Positions 36,480 to 49,603 are shown, numbered from the stretch's first letter. The stretch is DNA of 64,000 bases from Raillietiella orientalis (GCA_036172245.1 JAYWIR010000003.1:1054001-1118000), one strand, 5' to 3'. Numbers and translations: made by a program. Notes: generated by a model not told the origin, from the sequence alone.

Positions 36480-37100
36480 TCACGCAATTGCGAGCGCAAA
36501 CGTCTGGGTCACCCACTTCGACCGACTGCATTGCCGATGGAGGAACGCGAGTGGACATCCTGCAGCCTCACTGGACAGGGATGCTTGGCGGCAAGAATCA
36601 TTGGAAGCGTGAATGCGAGTGGAAAGCAATGTCATCACAGGCTGGGAAAATTCCCTCTTGCAGGGACGATGTTAGCCTGCTCCCCAGATCTCAGCGTGTG
36701 ACCATCGAAGGCGCCATACGTTCATTACTTCAACGCTGTGGAATCGGAGGAAGAGGATCTCGAGAGACCCCACAGTAAAGTGACCTCCTTATCGTGGGAT
36801 TCGGGTGGCGTTAGCAGCAGCAACTCAAGGTTTTTCCCGCTGACACACAACCAGCAGAAAGGACGAAGCCGCTCGAGTTGCCACGGCATGGCAAGTCGAG
36901 CAAGAGAGCGAGACGGTAGGGAGTAAAGCATCGGGATGGCATGTCATCCTCTCGCAGCCGAGCCCATCGATTCCGTCTGAGTGCACTTCCTGAGGCGGAA
37001 GATGCAAAGAAGCGCCTCCCTTCGTCAGCAGCATTCAGTCGAGCCGAAAAGTGAGTCGCTGCTCGGGAAGGTTCTCGCGAACGTTCAACCGGAAGGAGTG
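36480..37100 (+). mobile_element. Tx1/L1-like endonuclease N-terminal fragment (degenerate)
   Basis: VDILQPHW...HWKRECEWKAMSSQAGK..SCRDDVSLL resembles DI..LQETH...W..EW.G..F.S.G....GVAIL. Confidence 0.35.
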
Positions 37101-37515
37101 AATCTCTTGGACGCCTCCTAGCCGAGAGCGCAGTTGCAATCCTTTGCAAAGGTAACCCAAGAGCAAGAACACACACTCTCTCACTCTGGGAAGAGAGGGA
37201 AGGAGAGAGTGTGCATGCTGATCGCCGAGATCTCTTCTCCGGAACGCGTGGTGGAGGCGGAGACCTCATCTCGAAACCATCCAACATTCCACCCTTTCAT
37301 GAAGATGAGTGGTCTCGCTCCTCTCGAAGCATTCAAGCTCAAGCTGGATACAGGGATGGTCCTCCTCCAATGGGAAGCCGATTTGGTTGCAGAAAAGAGA
37401 GCAATTCAAGATTCCTTGGAAGGAGGCGCGAAAAAGAAGACCGCGCGGCCCATTTTTTCTTCCCCACACTCCCCGATCAACGCGAAGACGCGTTTTGGAT
37501 GCGTTTGGTTGTACA

Positions 37516-38502
37516 TTATGGCACACTTAAAAAGAAGTTCACATCGTAGCACGCGATCTCCTCTTGGTCTTTCTTGAGCTCCAGCCGAATATGATAATTG
37601 GTTTCAATAAGAGGTATTATATCCGGCATATGGAATGTGAATTGCCTTTCAAATTGGAAAGGAGGAAACGGACAGCGTCCGACAACACCGACCACTGACA
37701 GGAACGTGCAGACGCTGTCGAAGTGGCAGCTTCCGAAGTTATCGCTGCAGGATATTTCAGACCATTCGCCCATCATATCCACCTCCGCAAATACATCCAC
37801 CTGAAATCAGTGGACTCAAGTTGAACTCTGGTTCCGATGCTAGAATGCGAGCACAGCTCCGTGAGGTGCGCTCCAGGATCTCTGGTTCGGGTCAGAGATG
37901 GCAGGGTGGCGGGAAGAGAAGATTGCACTTACCGATAAGCTGCTGTTGATCTCAATTTTCAGCTCACCACTCAGTTGAAGGTCCACAATTCCCGGGAATA
38001 CTATCGGATCCGGCTCGATCACGAGATTGACGTCAAGAGCATCTCTTGTATTCGGGGAGCAGCTGCCGAAGCTGAAGCCATTCTGGAAGCAAAGAAGGAA
38101 CAATCGAAATGGTCCGCAGTTTTGCCTGTGCTTTCCGCAGACCCATCTGCGCCGTATTGCACATGCCCCCACTCCGCAGCACGTCTCCTACTGAAGTCAC
38201 CCTCAATCCTTCAAGAGATTTTCGCCATCCTCCTTCAGCCACAGGGGAGTCGTTGAAAGTTCCGGAGATTCGGAAAACGGCAGGGGTTGGGAAAAGAAAT
38301 CCTACCATCATGGCCGATGGTAGGCGGTGTCCACAAATGATCCCTCGGGAGCCTTCCGCCTTCAGCCTGTAACTCGCAAAAAGTTGGTTACCTTTGGGAG
38401 ATTCCAGACGTGTATCAGATTTTCCAGAAAGTTTTGGCCACGGTGAGCGGTCCTTGCAGAGGTCTCGATGACGATGAGAGACAGCAGGAGAAACCGAATC
38501 AT
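37516..38502 (-). CDS. GM2A: GM2 ganglioside activator-like secreted ML-domain lipid-binding protein (181 aa)
   Basis: Three phase-0 exons with GT-AG introns and an intact frame: 38502-38392 (signal peptide MIRFLLLSLIVIETSA...), 38082-37933 (FSFGSCSP...LVIEPDPIVFPGIVDL) and 37800-37516 (GEWSEISCSDNFGSCHFDSVC...CPF...NYHIRLEL...IACY). The Cys pattern is as in GM2A. Confidence 0.87.
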
Positions 38503-39169
38503 CCTCCGATGCTTATTCGCTTCAGTTTCAGAAGACTGGGATATCGTAGTGCAGAGGCCACTTACCCAAACCACGAGGGCGGCCGAGTATATGAAGGGTG
38601 GTGCTTATCGCTATCTGCTGCACCTTTTCGGCCCCTCCTGTCGTGCGCTCACTTACGCAAGTGGCCATGAAAAAGGCACATCCCAGGTGATTCCATATTT
38701 CCAAGCTTCTGCTGACTAAGGAATAGCGGTGGGATTGCAGGCCCTGTTTTCCCAGGAGGTGAACAGGGGGAGAAGTTTTTCGCACGCACGTTAACTTAGG
38801 TGCACCGGGAAACCAAGCGGAAAAAGGATGGGAACCTCACACACTGATATCTAGAGTAAAACTGGGATGCTTTGGAAGAAATCCTGATGCTGTGCACGCA
38901 CGTTTCCGCCAGGGCGTTGTGTGTCCTTTTGTTGGCCTTTCAGAGGAAAGAAAAAGGAAGCACCGAAAGAAGTGATTCAGACTATCGGATCAGCCATCTC
39001 CTCCATCTAGAAGACTGACTGCCCCATCCAGACGGAGTTGCAAGGATGACCAGGGTGTGGTTTCCGAACATGGCGAGAGCAGGCGACGGCAGAACAAGGA
39101 TACTGACCAATGAAGTCGATGACCTCAACCGAATTTATACGCCATTGGTGTTGATGGGGAACAGCCAAT

Positions 39170-40333
39170 GCTCTCTCGGTTGCCAAACCAATGGTTTCCC
39201 ATCTGGCTTCGTGTGACCTTCGAAGGCAACACCAACGTGAGGCATGCGGTGCGAGAAAGAAACACGTGGTGCATCTTGCTCTTCTTGAGATGGCACTTTG
39301 CTCGTCTTCAGGAGCTCGTGCACTCCTTGGGCTATAGGATTATACGGATTTTTAGTTTGCACTTTAGGAAAGAATCGAAAAACAAGGAGGTGCTACAAAA
39401 TTCCAGAAGGGAATAGAATGATCACTTTGCTCATATTGATAGCATATATTTCCCTCTGGAAGACGATGCCCTTAAAGGATCTGCGAACAGCACAACGGCT
39501 TTTTTTCTCCTCAAGCTATCAGGATGACTGAGGACACATAGGACAAGGGTTTGTTGCATGAGTTTTCGAACACTTCGGTACCATGCCGAGAAGCGTCTGG
39601 CTGTTTGTTTGTTTTTTTCGGTGCACGGATGCACCTTTCTCAGTCCTGGAAATACGCCACGTCTTCAAAATCCGAGAAGTCCAACTGTTCTCAGGAATGT
39701 TTGCTCACATGAAAAGGTCTTGTTTCGCATCCTGAGGATTCGCACACGTTGCCTTAGAAACGTCATCGAGTTTGTCCACCTCATAGCACTTTCATGTGAC
39801 TTATTAGTTGGCTTGCAGCGTCGGTGGTCGGTCATTCTAACCACTTTTTTGTTTCTGAATCAGCAGCTGAGACTATCCCCTGAAGGAATTCCGCTCCCAG
39901 ATGCCGCCGAGACAACCTCTTTCCCAGGAGAAGAGCTGCGTGCTGCCTGCTGAGCAGAAGGGATTCCTCATGCCTGAATGATCGCCTCGAACTGGTTATG
40001 GCAGCGTTCCCGCTAACGCCGAAAAAATGAGTCGCCCAAAGTGCATCCCGGATTCCATAGTTTAGCTGGGATTCTGAGGAGAAACTTTGTCTGCACAAAG
40101 CACAAACAAGCTGCAGATCTCTTATGAGTGATCAACGAGTTTCCACAGCCATAAAAATCAGTTCCTTCTGTTGCCGTCCATGGTCCAGAAGGCATGTGGG
40201 CACAAATCGGCACAACAAATTCTACCCCAAGATGACTTCGATTTTGGAAGCGAAGCTTCCGTTTGCTCCTCGAGGAAGGCCACGCATAACGCGAGGCAGG
40301 GTAACCAGAAAAAAAAAAAAAAAAAAAAAAAAA
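39170..40333 (+). mobile_element. Degenerate Tx1/L1-like ORF2 (endonuclease plus linker), ending at an A-run
   Basis: Ordered weak motifs WLRVTFEG.., AIGLYGFLVCTL (cf. ILGGDFNCTL), KDLRTAQR, CSHEKV, and a poly-A run at ~40309-40333. Confidence 0.4.
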
Positions 40334-40845
40334 GCCCTGCTCCTCGTTTCATCAGTACCGTTAACTGAGACCTACGTCGTGCTTTTTGGTACAATAGGCA
40401 AGCGTCGATAAGAGGAATAAACACCGAAGAGCTGAAATTATCTGCCGGAGGTAACCTGGTGAAACATGTGTGCTGCAAACCAAGGCCTCACTTGAAGTCA
40501 TGTGTTGCCACTGAGATAAATAATGACGTTGGGCTGTAGATCCATTCCGAGGAGTATAAGTGGGATGAGGGCTGCAGAGCAGAATGCCATGGGGCTCATC
40601 GGGCAGACGACGGATGGAAACGAATGGGAAGAGAGCTGCTCGTCAGCGAATGATTGTCCTCACCTGCTGTCTCGTGGGCTTTCATCTTTCGCTTTTATTG
40701 CTGCCTTCAGAAATTCAGATGGATGTGGGCTGAGCAAGCCAGCATTTCTGCAGGGCTATATCAGCGGCTTCTTTTTCCGGCTGCGAAAAGGAAACCCACC
40801 AACGGTTGCCCTACTCGCGACCGCGATTGGTAGTGCAACACTTGG

Positions 40846-41692
40846 CCCTCTATAGCGCGGTGTGACTTTGAAGTCACATACTGATATATCGATATCTTAT
40901 TGATTTCTTTAATTTTTAAAATAATAAAGGTGGCATATACATCTTGTATAACGTCCCCTTGGTAACCAACACCGTTCTTGGTAACGGGTAGCAACTCAAA
41001 CCCGAGATGTCGAGGTAAATTGTTCTGCGAGTTGTCTATAGATGAAAGTTGTGTGACCCATCCTGTGCAACTGTTATTATTTTTTGTTCTATCGGTGTTT
41101 TGGTGAACAAGAAAAAGCCTACGTAATAGCTCTTGGTTTGTGTATCAATAATCCCTTATTTGTTTGCATTTAAACAGTCATCTTGTTATTATTTTCACAT
41201 GATACAACTTTGTGACCTTCAAGCCACAATGAGCTATGATTCGAGTGGCAGGATTCGGTGTATCGACCACTGTGGATGAACAGTTAGAAGAGAAGAAGAA
41301 AAGGGGAACAAGTGCAGTGCTTCCAGTCAAAAACGTGCGAAAAGATGAAATAGCACGTGGACGAATCTTTTCGCATAAGAGGGGACGCTGCAAAAAGCCG
41401 GGATGCAAAGGAGTTGCAAAAGCAAAATGTTCGAAATGCAACGTGTACATCTATATTGAACGTCAATCACAAATTGTTTTATGGAATTCCATACTTAGGC
41501 TTTCCTTACACGCACAAGTGCAAACGTTGTACGCCGTTGCAATCCCAAAGTTACAAAGCATATTCGTTATAATGAAGTCATTGAAACAACAGAATTCATT
41601 GCGAATTTGTGCTTAGAGGTTGATGTTTTTTCATTTCACGCTACATAAATGTTCTTATAGCTGTAAAAACAATTCGGGCTGAAGAGGCTTAA
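40846..41692 (+). mobile_element. Internally deleted piggyBac (PGBD2/3-like) element
   Basis: C-terminal Cys-rich domain VRKDEIA..IFSHKRGRCKKPGCKGVAKAKCSKCNVYI (41236-41616 ORF). The 3' end is CGGGCTGAAGAGGC-TTAA (TTAA at 41689-41692). The putative 5' end CCCTCTATAGCGCG at 40846 is followed by the palindrome TGTGACTT-TG-AAGTCACA. Confidence 0.7.
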
Positions 41693-43356
41693 GGATCCAA
41701 AATTTTGAAGCTTTCAAAGCCATTTGCGTACGGCAACCTGATGTTGGCACTCATGGAGCTCGAGGAAATGCAACTAGCAAAATCACCATATGGCGTTCAG
41801 CTGAGGCGTCTCGAAACTGATCCTTTGATTTCACAGGAACAGGAACACGCTTCTTAGGCAGAGGAAAAAAAAAATGGAAACCACTCTTTGCTGGCCTTTT
41901 TGAGTTTTGGCAAAAAATTTCCAGGAAGAGTGCACCACACCTTTCTTTATCAAGACGGCAGCCGTCTTATGGTCGCCCTTCAGTCCCCGACGTGCCTGCG
42001 AAGTCGGCTTAATGCACGAGGCTGGCATCTTTTGGCTTCTCGGAAACTGAAGGGCGAAGATCTTAAAGTCTTCAAGAAGAAGTCTCCGTCTCAAGTTGAT
42101 GCCATGCAGTGTTGCGTGAACTCCTTGTTGACGTGGAGGTGCATCTCATTGGTTTCTCCGTGGTCCATTGTGTTCCACGACCGCGCTGCAGGAATCAGCC
42201 TGCGTAGGCACTCAGCTTTTCAAAAAGTCGACACTTTGCAGAAAAGGCACACTCGTTCCCTGGAACGAGAGTTCCAGAAGAATCGACAGTTGTATTTTCC
42301 GGCTAGATGAGCTGCATTTTTGGACAGAGCACTAAAATTGCGAGGGAGCCATACGCATCTCAGTCACGCAGGACGTTTCCCAAATGCAACGTTGCAGCTC
42401 TCATCTGTTTAATATCGGCACATTCCAATCACCCCAGTGGCTTCGCTTTCTAGGATGTCAGGATAAAGAGCTCAGAAACGTGTTTCCAAGGTTCTTCCAG
42501 AACGGAGCCGAGAAAATGAAGCCTTTTCTGTCCAGCGCTGACGCTATCCATTGGCAGCCCAGCCTAAGGCTGGGATTTCTCGATGAACAAAGAAAAGAAA
42601 TCCTCATCTCACAGTGATGACAAATGCGGTAGCGTTCAGGACGATGTCATAGGTACTCTGAAATGCTTTTCTTCCAAATGCCCTGAAAGTTAGGTACTGC
42701 GGGCATCGGAAGCTATTATCCCGAGGGAGCTCGCGAGGCGAAGTTTCCATTCTCGTTTCCGAGGTGCTTCCACATGTCAACTTTCTTCATGTTGTTTCTT
42801 GTTCAAGCAGGTAAGAAAAAGGAGGAGCAAAAGAAGAAGAAGAAGAAGAAAATACGAGCAAAAGTTTCGGGATTCGATGTGCATTGGCATTCTTTTCCCT
42901 TCGAATTCTGCCTGTCGAGTTTCTAGTATTCTCCAGCACCTGTGAGGAAGGTGGGTGGCGTCCGTTCGCTGTGCTTTTCTTCCCCCCCCCCCTCCCAATC
43001 AGAATCCGTAAAGAACACACGGATTTGCTTTGCTTGTGGCTCGGGGCGTCACGTCACTTCAGCCAGGCGACGTGGGCTGAGACAGATTTCCACAGATCCT
43101 CTTTTTTCTGGTGCCTAACGTCATATCCAATACACAGCGGATTCAGTGTGTCAGCACTTTATCGTATCCTCATGAGACGCTGGATCAGTATTAAAGAGGA
43201 AACAAAAGTTGGACTTCCTCCCGGGTTCGCCGATGCGTTTTATTTATTAATCCTTTGCTCTCCAAGAGCTTGTTCGCACGACCGACCAGCAACTCGGCAG
43301 CAAACTTCCGCAATCGAAAATTTGAAAAGGAATGGTTTTGCCTTGATGAGAAAAAA

Positions 43357-44224
43357 TTACAAATGTTCATCCGTCAGGTGTTTCGCTGCGATCATTCTTT
43401 TTGCAAAGCTGTGGGTTTCTTCGATGGTCCCCTTGACAAGCCCTTCTGTGAAAAATAACTGGAAATATTCTATTGGTTCCACGATGCTCGATGCAATCTG
43501 TGGTCCAGTGACCCTGGGCGATCCTGTAAAATTAATCCTCTTTGGAATCCTTTTGCTATCTGCTCTATCGACCCATTCGTCTTCTTCTCCGAAAGAGTTT
43601 TCACTCTCGATAATTCCGATTCTTCGTCGCCTTTTCACAATAATTTCGCTGCCACTGGGACGAATTCCAGGATCATCATCACTGGCACTATCTTCAGATG
43701 CAAAATCAGTTAAATTGTCATCAACTAGGTATAAATGAAGTTCTTCTTCACTTCCACTCAATTCAAAATTTTCATAATCCCTTTCCCCTTTATCCAACTT
43801 TAGCCAATTGCTTTGCAGCTGTCTGATGGCCATTAGAGAGCAACTTTTATGGAAAAGCCGAGGTCCTGTTCGAAAACAATCAAACTTTGAGAGATCACGG
43901 TTGCAATTTTACACCGTGTAATGCTTGCAAAGCAGTGATCTGTAGCAGGAAACTGTGAACGATCACAGCGCTTGCTTGCACTCACTTTGCATGCCGGTGA
44001 ACGGATTGCACATTTTCGGTCTGCAATGCAAAGAATGCATAACTCTGGTCCTCCATTTTAATGCCTCAACAGTGCGTCAGAATGGAGGCCAGAGTTGTGC
44101 CGGAATGCATGTCCAATGGGTCTGCTGAGGGGACCAGAAGTCATGTCCACTCAGCGGAGCCAGTGGGTCTGTGGGGCAATTCTGAATGTCATCTCAAAGG
44201 AAACAGTGGAATGCAAAGGGTTAA
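43357..44224 (-). mobile_element. 5' part of a piggyBac (PGBD4-like) transposon
   Basis: TTAA-CCCTTTGCATTCC terminus at 44224 on the minus strand. ORF 43833-43357 has an acidic N-terminus followed by FTGSPRV...EPIEYFQLFFTEGLVKGTIEETHSFA, the start of the piggyBac transposase domain; it is truncated by a stop. Confidence 0.75.
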
Positions 44225-44339
44225 AAAGAAACATTACCAAGGTGGTAGGACCATATCATGTCCGGACTATTAAATTTTGCCTCAGATTTGGTGTGCAGAG
44301 CGGGGCGAGGGTGTCCCACACAACAGTGGGGATAAGAGA

Positions 44340-44900
44340 AACCCACCCCCCCAAAAAATATAAATATCCATAACTCTGGGGGGCACAGTAATGGATCACA
44401 GCCTGATGAAAGGGAGGGCAGGGGGGCATCCTCTGCATCTCCTCGAGGATACCGGCAAGTTCTCCAACAGTTTTCTCCAGGTGGAACCATCTCGTTGCCC
44501 TCCACAAAAAAAAACAGGGCAAAGAGGATGATGTCCCTAGCGCGGTCTCTCGGAGCCGCTCCAGGCTGCCATGATGCCGCGTAGGCAGCAAAGAGCTGCT
44601 GGGGATGCAGCCGGCGGCAGTGCTTTGCGCGCGCGCGAGGAGAGGTTCCCGTGCGTCCCTGAGGTTGCCACATGCGGTCCGGAAGGGGGTCGACCAAGCA
44701 AGATATTCCCGCAACGGTGCGGGCGACGCTAAGCAGCCCACGAGCAGGTGAGGGAGAGCTTCTTGTTGCTCGCACCTGCTGCCATTCGGGTGCGCACCCC
44801 CACCCCGCCTGGGTGCAACGATGTCGGCGGGGGTTACACAGGAGGTCCCAGTGCAACGGTAAAAGCGCCGACTCCCGCCGCTCGAAAGGAAGGGTGCGAC
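44340..44900 (-). mobile_element. 3' end of a Tx1/L1-like retrotransposon
   Basis: FLWRATRWFHLEKTVGELAGILEEMQRMPP followed by CTGTGATCC; same family as the ends at 35560-35960 and 61250-62200. Confidence 0.55.
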
Positions 44901-45213
44901 TGTCCAAGAACGTTGGGGGCCACATGATCCCGAAGAATTGTCAGCAACTCATCCCAGGGGCAAAATTCCTTTTCGTAGTAAACTTGCGGAGTCGCTTAGC
45001 GTCTGTGAGCTGAACCGAGGATATGAGCTGGAGGCGCGTTGTAAGCAGTCGCTGAGTCACAGAGCAGTTGCTAGGCTCAAGATTTCAGCTGCCTTCCACA
45101 CTGCACACCACCACACACAGGGAAGTGCTTCTCAGCCTCCTCGTGGAAACAGAGGATAGTAACAGCTTGTTGCAGCTTTTGCATCCGCAATGCAGGCATC
45201 ACTTTTCGTGTCT

Positions 45214-45830
45214 TACGAGTAGCATCTCGAAAGTAAGAGCCGATCGGATACAAGGAAAGAACAAATGAGAGAAACAAAACTGTGTTGGCGGTTTCAAAAA
45301 CATGCGTCGACATGTCATTTTTCTACGTGGTCACCATTCTTTTCCAAACAGTTTTGATCCCGTGGAGGAAGCTTTTTGGAACCCTCTGCATCAAATTCCT
45401 CCTCCTGTGGGTTCAGCCGGTTCAGCAGCACTGCAGTTTTCAATTCCTCCCCTTCCCCCTCGCATCCTTGAGCCACTTCTTGAGGTGCAGGAAGACGTGG
45501 TGGTCACTGGGTGCGAGGTCGGAACGGTAAGATCAAAAAGTTTCCATTCGAATATTCGAATTGTCTGGAATGTGAGGACGGCATGTGTGTGGGACCGAAA
45601 GGGTGTGTGTGCATTTGGTGGACCTTACGGAGCCTGGAACAGCCATCTACTGTGCGCAAGTCTACTGTGCAGAAACACTTTCAACACTGCGGCGTGCCGC
45701 TCAGAACCGACGATGTGGGATGCTGAGATCAGGAAAGACTTGTTCTCCTTCACGACAACACGCGCCTTGGCAACACATGCTGTCCACACATTCCAGACAA
45801 TTCGGAAATTCGAATGGGAGCTTGGAATTT
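45214..45830. mobile_element. Rearranged mariner (Tc1/mariner) transposon relic
   Basis: TA-CGAGTAGCATCTCGAAAGTAAG TIR-like end at 45214. The minus strand (~45590-45295) gives SDLAPSDHHVFLHLKKWL...CLEKNGDHVEK*. The plus strand (~45590-45830) gives WDRKG..LVD..PGT..YC.ETL..LRRA.QNRR.GML..LLHDN. Confidence 0.8.
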
Positions 45831-46357
45831 CTAAATTGAAGACTCAGAAATGCTCAAATGGAACCTCCCTGAGAGCGTAAAAAGATCTGCATTCATTGGA
45901 AGGGAGTCCGTGGAAGTGGGTCAGCTGCCATGCACTGGGTAGAGATTCCGTGGAGTGCTACAACGAAGATCAGCTTCGGATACCTAAACATATTGGACCC
46001 GCTAACCGATATCTAGAAACATGGAGGTGTTTATGAAGAGAAGAGTCGGACATAACACCATCAGATGGAAATGTTGCCTCCTGGTGTTAAAACCAGCCTG
46101 ACCGAGGAGCTGTTGAAGTCACAGAGTCTTTCAGTAATGAACACGACTCAGCATCCGTTCCAAAAAGACTGCGGCAAGAAAGAACTCGAAAGGGTTGGGC
46201 AAATGAGCAAACTTCGCTGGAGGAAACTGCCTGCGGATTGTCCGAGTGAACCGGGAGTCATTCCCGAACCTTCCCTGACACTGGATCTAATGGGACGCCC
46301 CCGAGGTTTCGGGCTGATTTTCGAAGAATCTGTTGCACCATCAAACATGTCGGAATC

Positions 46358-48171
46358 CTATAAACACTCAAGGAGGTGGTGGAGTGCTCTGCTTCCAGTG
46401 CTGACGCAGCACCGAATCCTCCTCAAAAGTGCGCTTTGGTCGTGTGGTCCATAGCTCGTGGTCAGCACATGCAAAAACTCATTTGCGCGGGAACGACCGA
46501 AATCCCGAAGAAAGAATGTACAAATGTCGCTTGGAAGTTTTGAAAATTGAGTCTCCCACATTCCTTTGGGTGCATAAAGAACTAAAGATGAGGTCTATGA
46601 TAAATCGAGGTGCTATCAGTTTTTTTTCTTTCCTTTTTCTTTAAAAATCTCGTTGCTGCACCACCGGAAGACTGAAGCGAAAACATGCGCGATACGCTGT
46701 CTGAAGGAATGAGGGACGACACATTTTCAAAGTCTTGTAGAGGAGCTTAGATTCTCTGGACAGTGGACGACACCCTCCCCCCCCCCCCCCCCCCAAAAAA
46801 AAAAAAAAAAAAAAAAAAAAACGCTGGGAATTCTCAGTGCTGGTTGAAAGCGAGCAGCTCTATTTGACTTCACGCTGCCATGCGAGAAAATAAGCCCATT
46901 CTGGTGCACTTTGGAGAGATCGTTACTGTTGGCCTGGGAGGATGCAAATCCTTATCATGGGTTCCCCTATTTCCGTTGCTTTCCTTCCAGCTTTTTTCCT
47001 TCTTCCATGGAAACCATCATTCAAAAGCCGGCGCTGAGGAATCAGGATGGTTATCGCGCTTGCTTTAAGCCACGGACGGCTCTGTGTGAACTGTGTCGGC
47101 TGGAATCCACCGTTTTGGTGCTTACACGAACCAAGAGAGAGAAGATCCTGCTTCGAATCACAAGTGGAGAAGAATCTTTTCCATCCTTTGTCAGCAGTAT
47201 TCAGAATCCGGCTACGTCACTTTGAGAAAATGAAGTCCCTTTGAGATGCTGGCTGCAATGGGTGGAGACTTCCTTCTCCCCTCCCACTCTATGAGTTTGT
47301 GCACTCAGAGGCGATCACATGACCTTCTCAGCACCCTCGTATCGGTGACTACTAAGCAGTGCGCCTCAAAACAGCATCCAGGAGGAAGGGTGCAGCATGC
47401 TTCCATGAAGCGCAGAACACGAAGCCCGTCACACGCGCTTCCTCTCGTCCTGAGGGGGAGTCCCGATGGGAAGTTGGGACTACTGGAAAACACCTGAAAC
47501 GCTGGATGGCGGAGCGGAATCCCTATGCGTCGAATGGACGGTCGGATAAAGTAGATGGAGGAAGGCGGTGGTCATAGAGGCACTCGAAAGCACAATGCAG
47601 ATTCTTTTGGAAATGTAGGGTGAGTACGCACGCCTGAGAGATCAATGTTTGGGAAACTTCACTTCCGTTTTTGTGGTATCCGGTGATGGAACAGAATTGT
47701 GCAAAGACGTTCGAATCGAAGACAGCAGAAAGAAACAGCCAGTATGCACATGCACGGTACCGAAATGTAGGTGCCTACGAAACGCAGCTGGATTACGATG
47801 ACGTCATTCCTTAGCCGGCATGCAAGCGTGCTCTGTCCTGCTAGAGTTTCGTCTCGCGGAGCGAGTTCCGTGGACCACACCACTCGAGCGCGAGGTCGGC
47901 TTTCGTGTTTTCCTCGTGAGATGCGCGCGCCCCCTCGAGGAGGCGCGAAAATGGAGGGCAGTGGGAATGTTTTTAAAAAGAGTCTGGAAATGGCAGCCTC
48001 CATCATGCGAGAGATCCGCTTGCAGATCTCCAAGAGATTTACCGCGTCCTTCAGTGTGAGCAAGTTCGAGGGGGGATGACCATGTGCTGCAGTCGGTTCG
48101 TGCACCATCACCGAGGGCAGACAGGGGATATGTGATTGCCGTGAGCTGGTCACCGTCCTATGTGGAACCAC
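46358..48171 (-). mobile_element. Fragments of Tx1/L1-like ORF2 downstream of the RT domain (degenerate)
   Basis: ISRMMEAAISRLFL...IFAPPRGGA (within 47659-48171) and RIRCCVSTGSRALHHLLECL (46358-46561) resemble the post-RT L..P...GG and zf-RVT regions. Confidence 0.35.
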
Positions 48172-48407
48172 AACGAACTATTCTCGAGCACAAGGCCTTT
48201 CTTTGACCGGAAGGTCTGCGTGTGTTCCGCAACATGACCCTAGAGAGGAGTTGACCCATCGACAAGGCGATCACCTGAAAACAGAGAAGACTTCCACTTC
48301 ATTTCCCCCGTCTTGACTCTTCCTGGGAATTCCTCCCTTGGCAGCGGACACCACCTCGCCGTAAATCCAGCGAGGCACTTCTCCGCCAAGACGACATTCA
48401 CAAGACG

Positions 48408-48750
48408 ATGAATCCTCAACTCATCACTGCGAGAAAGTTCCTGCACGTCCTTGAGAGAGTACTGAGCTATCCGAGGAATGAGGCAGATTTCCTTTCTGAG
48501 AAGTTCCGAATTTTGCACAAACACTATGACTTCTCGGCTGGCTCGATGGCCTCACCATGGCTTCTCGGAAACGATCCCTGGAACGTGGACAAGACTCATG
48601 CCCGTACTTTATGCTAAGGGAATAACCGCTGTTATGGATATCTTCAAGCTGTTTGTTCAAAGCGGTTACGACATGATACGGTTTGGCTGCGCATTTTGTA
48701 CAACCACCGGCAATCGAAGGTACCAACTGCTTCGCTTATCATGTCCGTGA
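48408..48750 (+). pseudogene. BAF-like paralog copy C (frameshifted)
   Basis: MNPQLITARKFLHVLERVLSYPRNEADFLSEKFRIL.. then a frameshift near a duplicated CTTCTCGG, then ETIPGTWTRLMPVLYAKGITAVMDIFKLFVQSGYDMIRFGCAFC. Clearly homologous to 56958-57359, with the same AAGACGATGAATC start context. Confidence 0.75.
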
Positions 48751-49382
48751 AGACATCCTCTGACGGAAAACCCCACGTACCTGCGATGCCTAAACTTGAA
48801 TTAAAGTTAAAAAAAAGTTCTGCAGCACCGCAATACCCGACGGAGGCAAGCTTCCAGTTAAAATTCGTGTGGTCCTCCTTGTCAGCGAAATCGAATGGTA
48901 GCTTCGAGGATCGCCCTCTCCTCCAGCGTGGCGATTCGCTTGTCTTCTGCTTTCAAGCTCCGTCGATTTCCATGGGAGCAGCACCGCCGATGCGCGCAAC
49001 AGCGACGGCGATTGCAGCATCCGTTGTGGCAGCAGCTAATTTGGCCGGGATATGCCATTACGTAGATACGCAGCCTTCGGTGTCAGACAGGAGCATAGCT
49101 CGCCTGTAGCTCCCGCTCCCCCTTTTCCGCAATTGCACTCGTGCGTGACTGGGATCCCGGTTGGTGTTTTCGGGCAAGATTCGGTGAGCTCAGTGGTCGA
49201 GAAGGTGGCGTCGGTGCGGATGGCGCTGCACGCGCAATCAGGCCACTGCCGCGAGCTGATCATCATGCTAAACAGAAAAAAACAGAACCATTATCGAGCA
49301 GGAACCCTTTGGGTCTCCGGTAGGGCCGCGTGGGTTGCGCGGCATGACCGGCAACCCGTCGACAAGACAATCATCTCGTACC

Positions 49383-49411
49383 ATGGAGATCGCTTCCACG
49401 GAGGTGGACCT
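49383..49411 (+). promoter_or_regulatory. Conserved upstream element of BAF-like copies (candidate promoter/5'UTR motif)
   Basis: ATGGAGATCGCTTCCACGGAGGTGGACCT (29 nt) is identical at 55466-55494, with a diverged version at ~56710-56742. Each lies ~220-245 nt before a BAF-like start codon. Confidence 0.45.
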
Positions 49412-49603
49412 CAATCCGTAACCTGGACAACAAGCACGCCACCCCGAATACTTAAACCTCCACCGTCCTTCTTTCTCCTGCCATCTCCTCCACCTCGTCT
49501 TCTGGGAATTTCCCCCAGTGGCACCTAGCAGCATTTCCACACAAATCCAGCGACTGTCTTCGTCGCCAAAAACTTCCCGTTGCTTTTCCCATTTCACAAG
49601 AAG

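Noticed and set aside
38330..38720. Plus-strand YQIFQKVL ORFs as a degenerate BAF-like copy
   Set aside because: Explained as the antisense of GM2A-like exon 1 (signal peptide, GT donor at 38391).
41888..42310. ORF with superficial BAF-like words (LRSRLNARG...CVNSLLTW) as a fifth BAF copy
   Set aside because: It lacks the N-terminal extension and the shared flanking modules, and alternative frames fit a decayed post-RT Tx1-like segment equally well.
42884..43738. 284-aa hydrophobic plus-strand ORF
   Set aside because: Largely the antisense shadow of the piggyBac transposase fragment; no recognisable domain.
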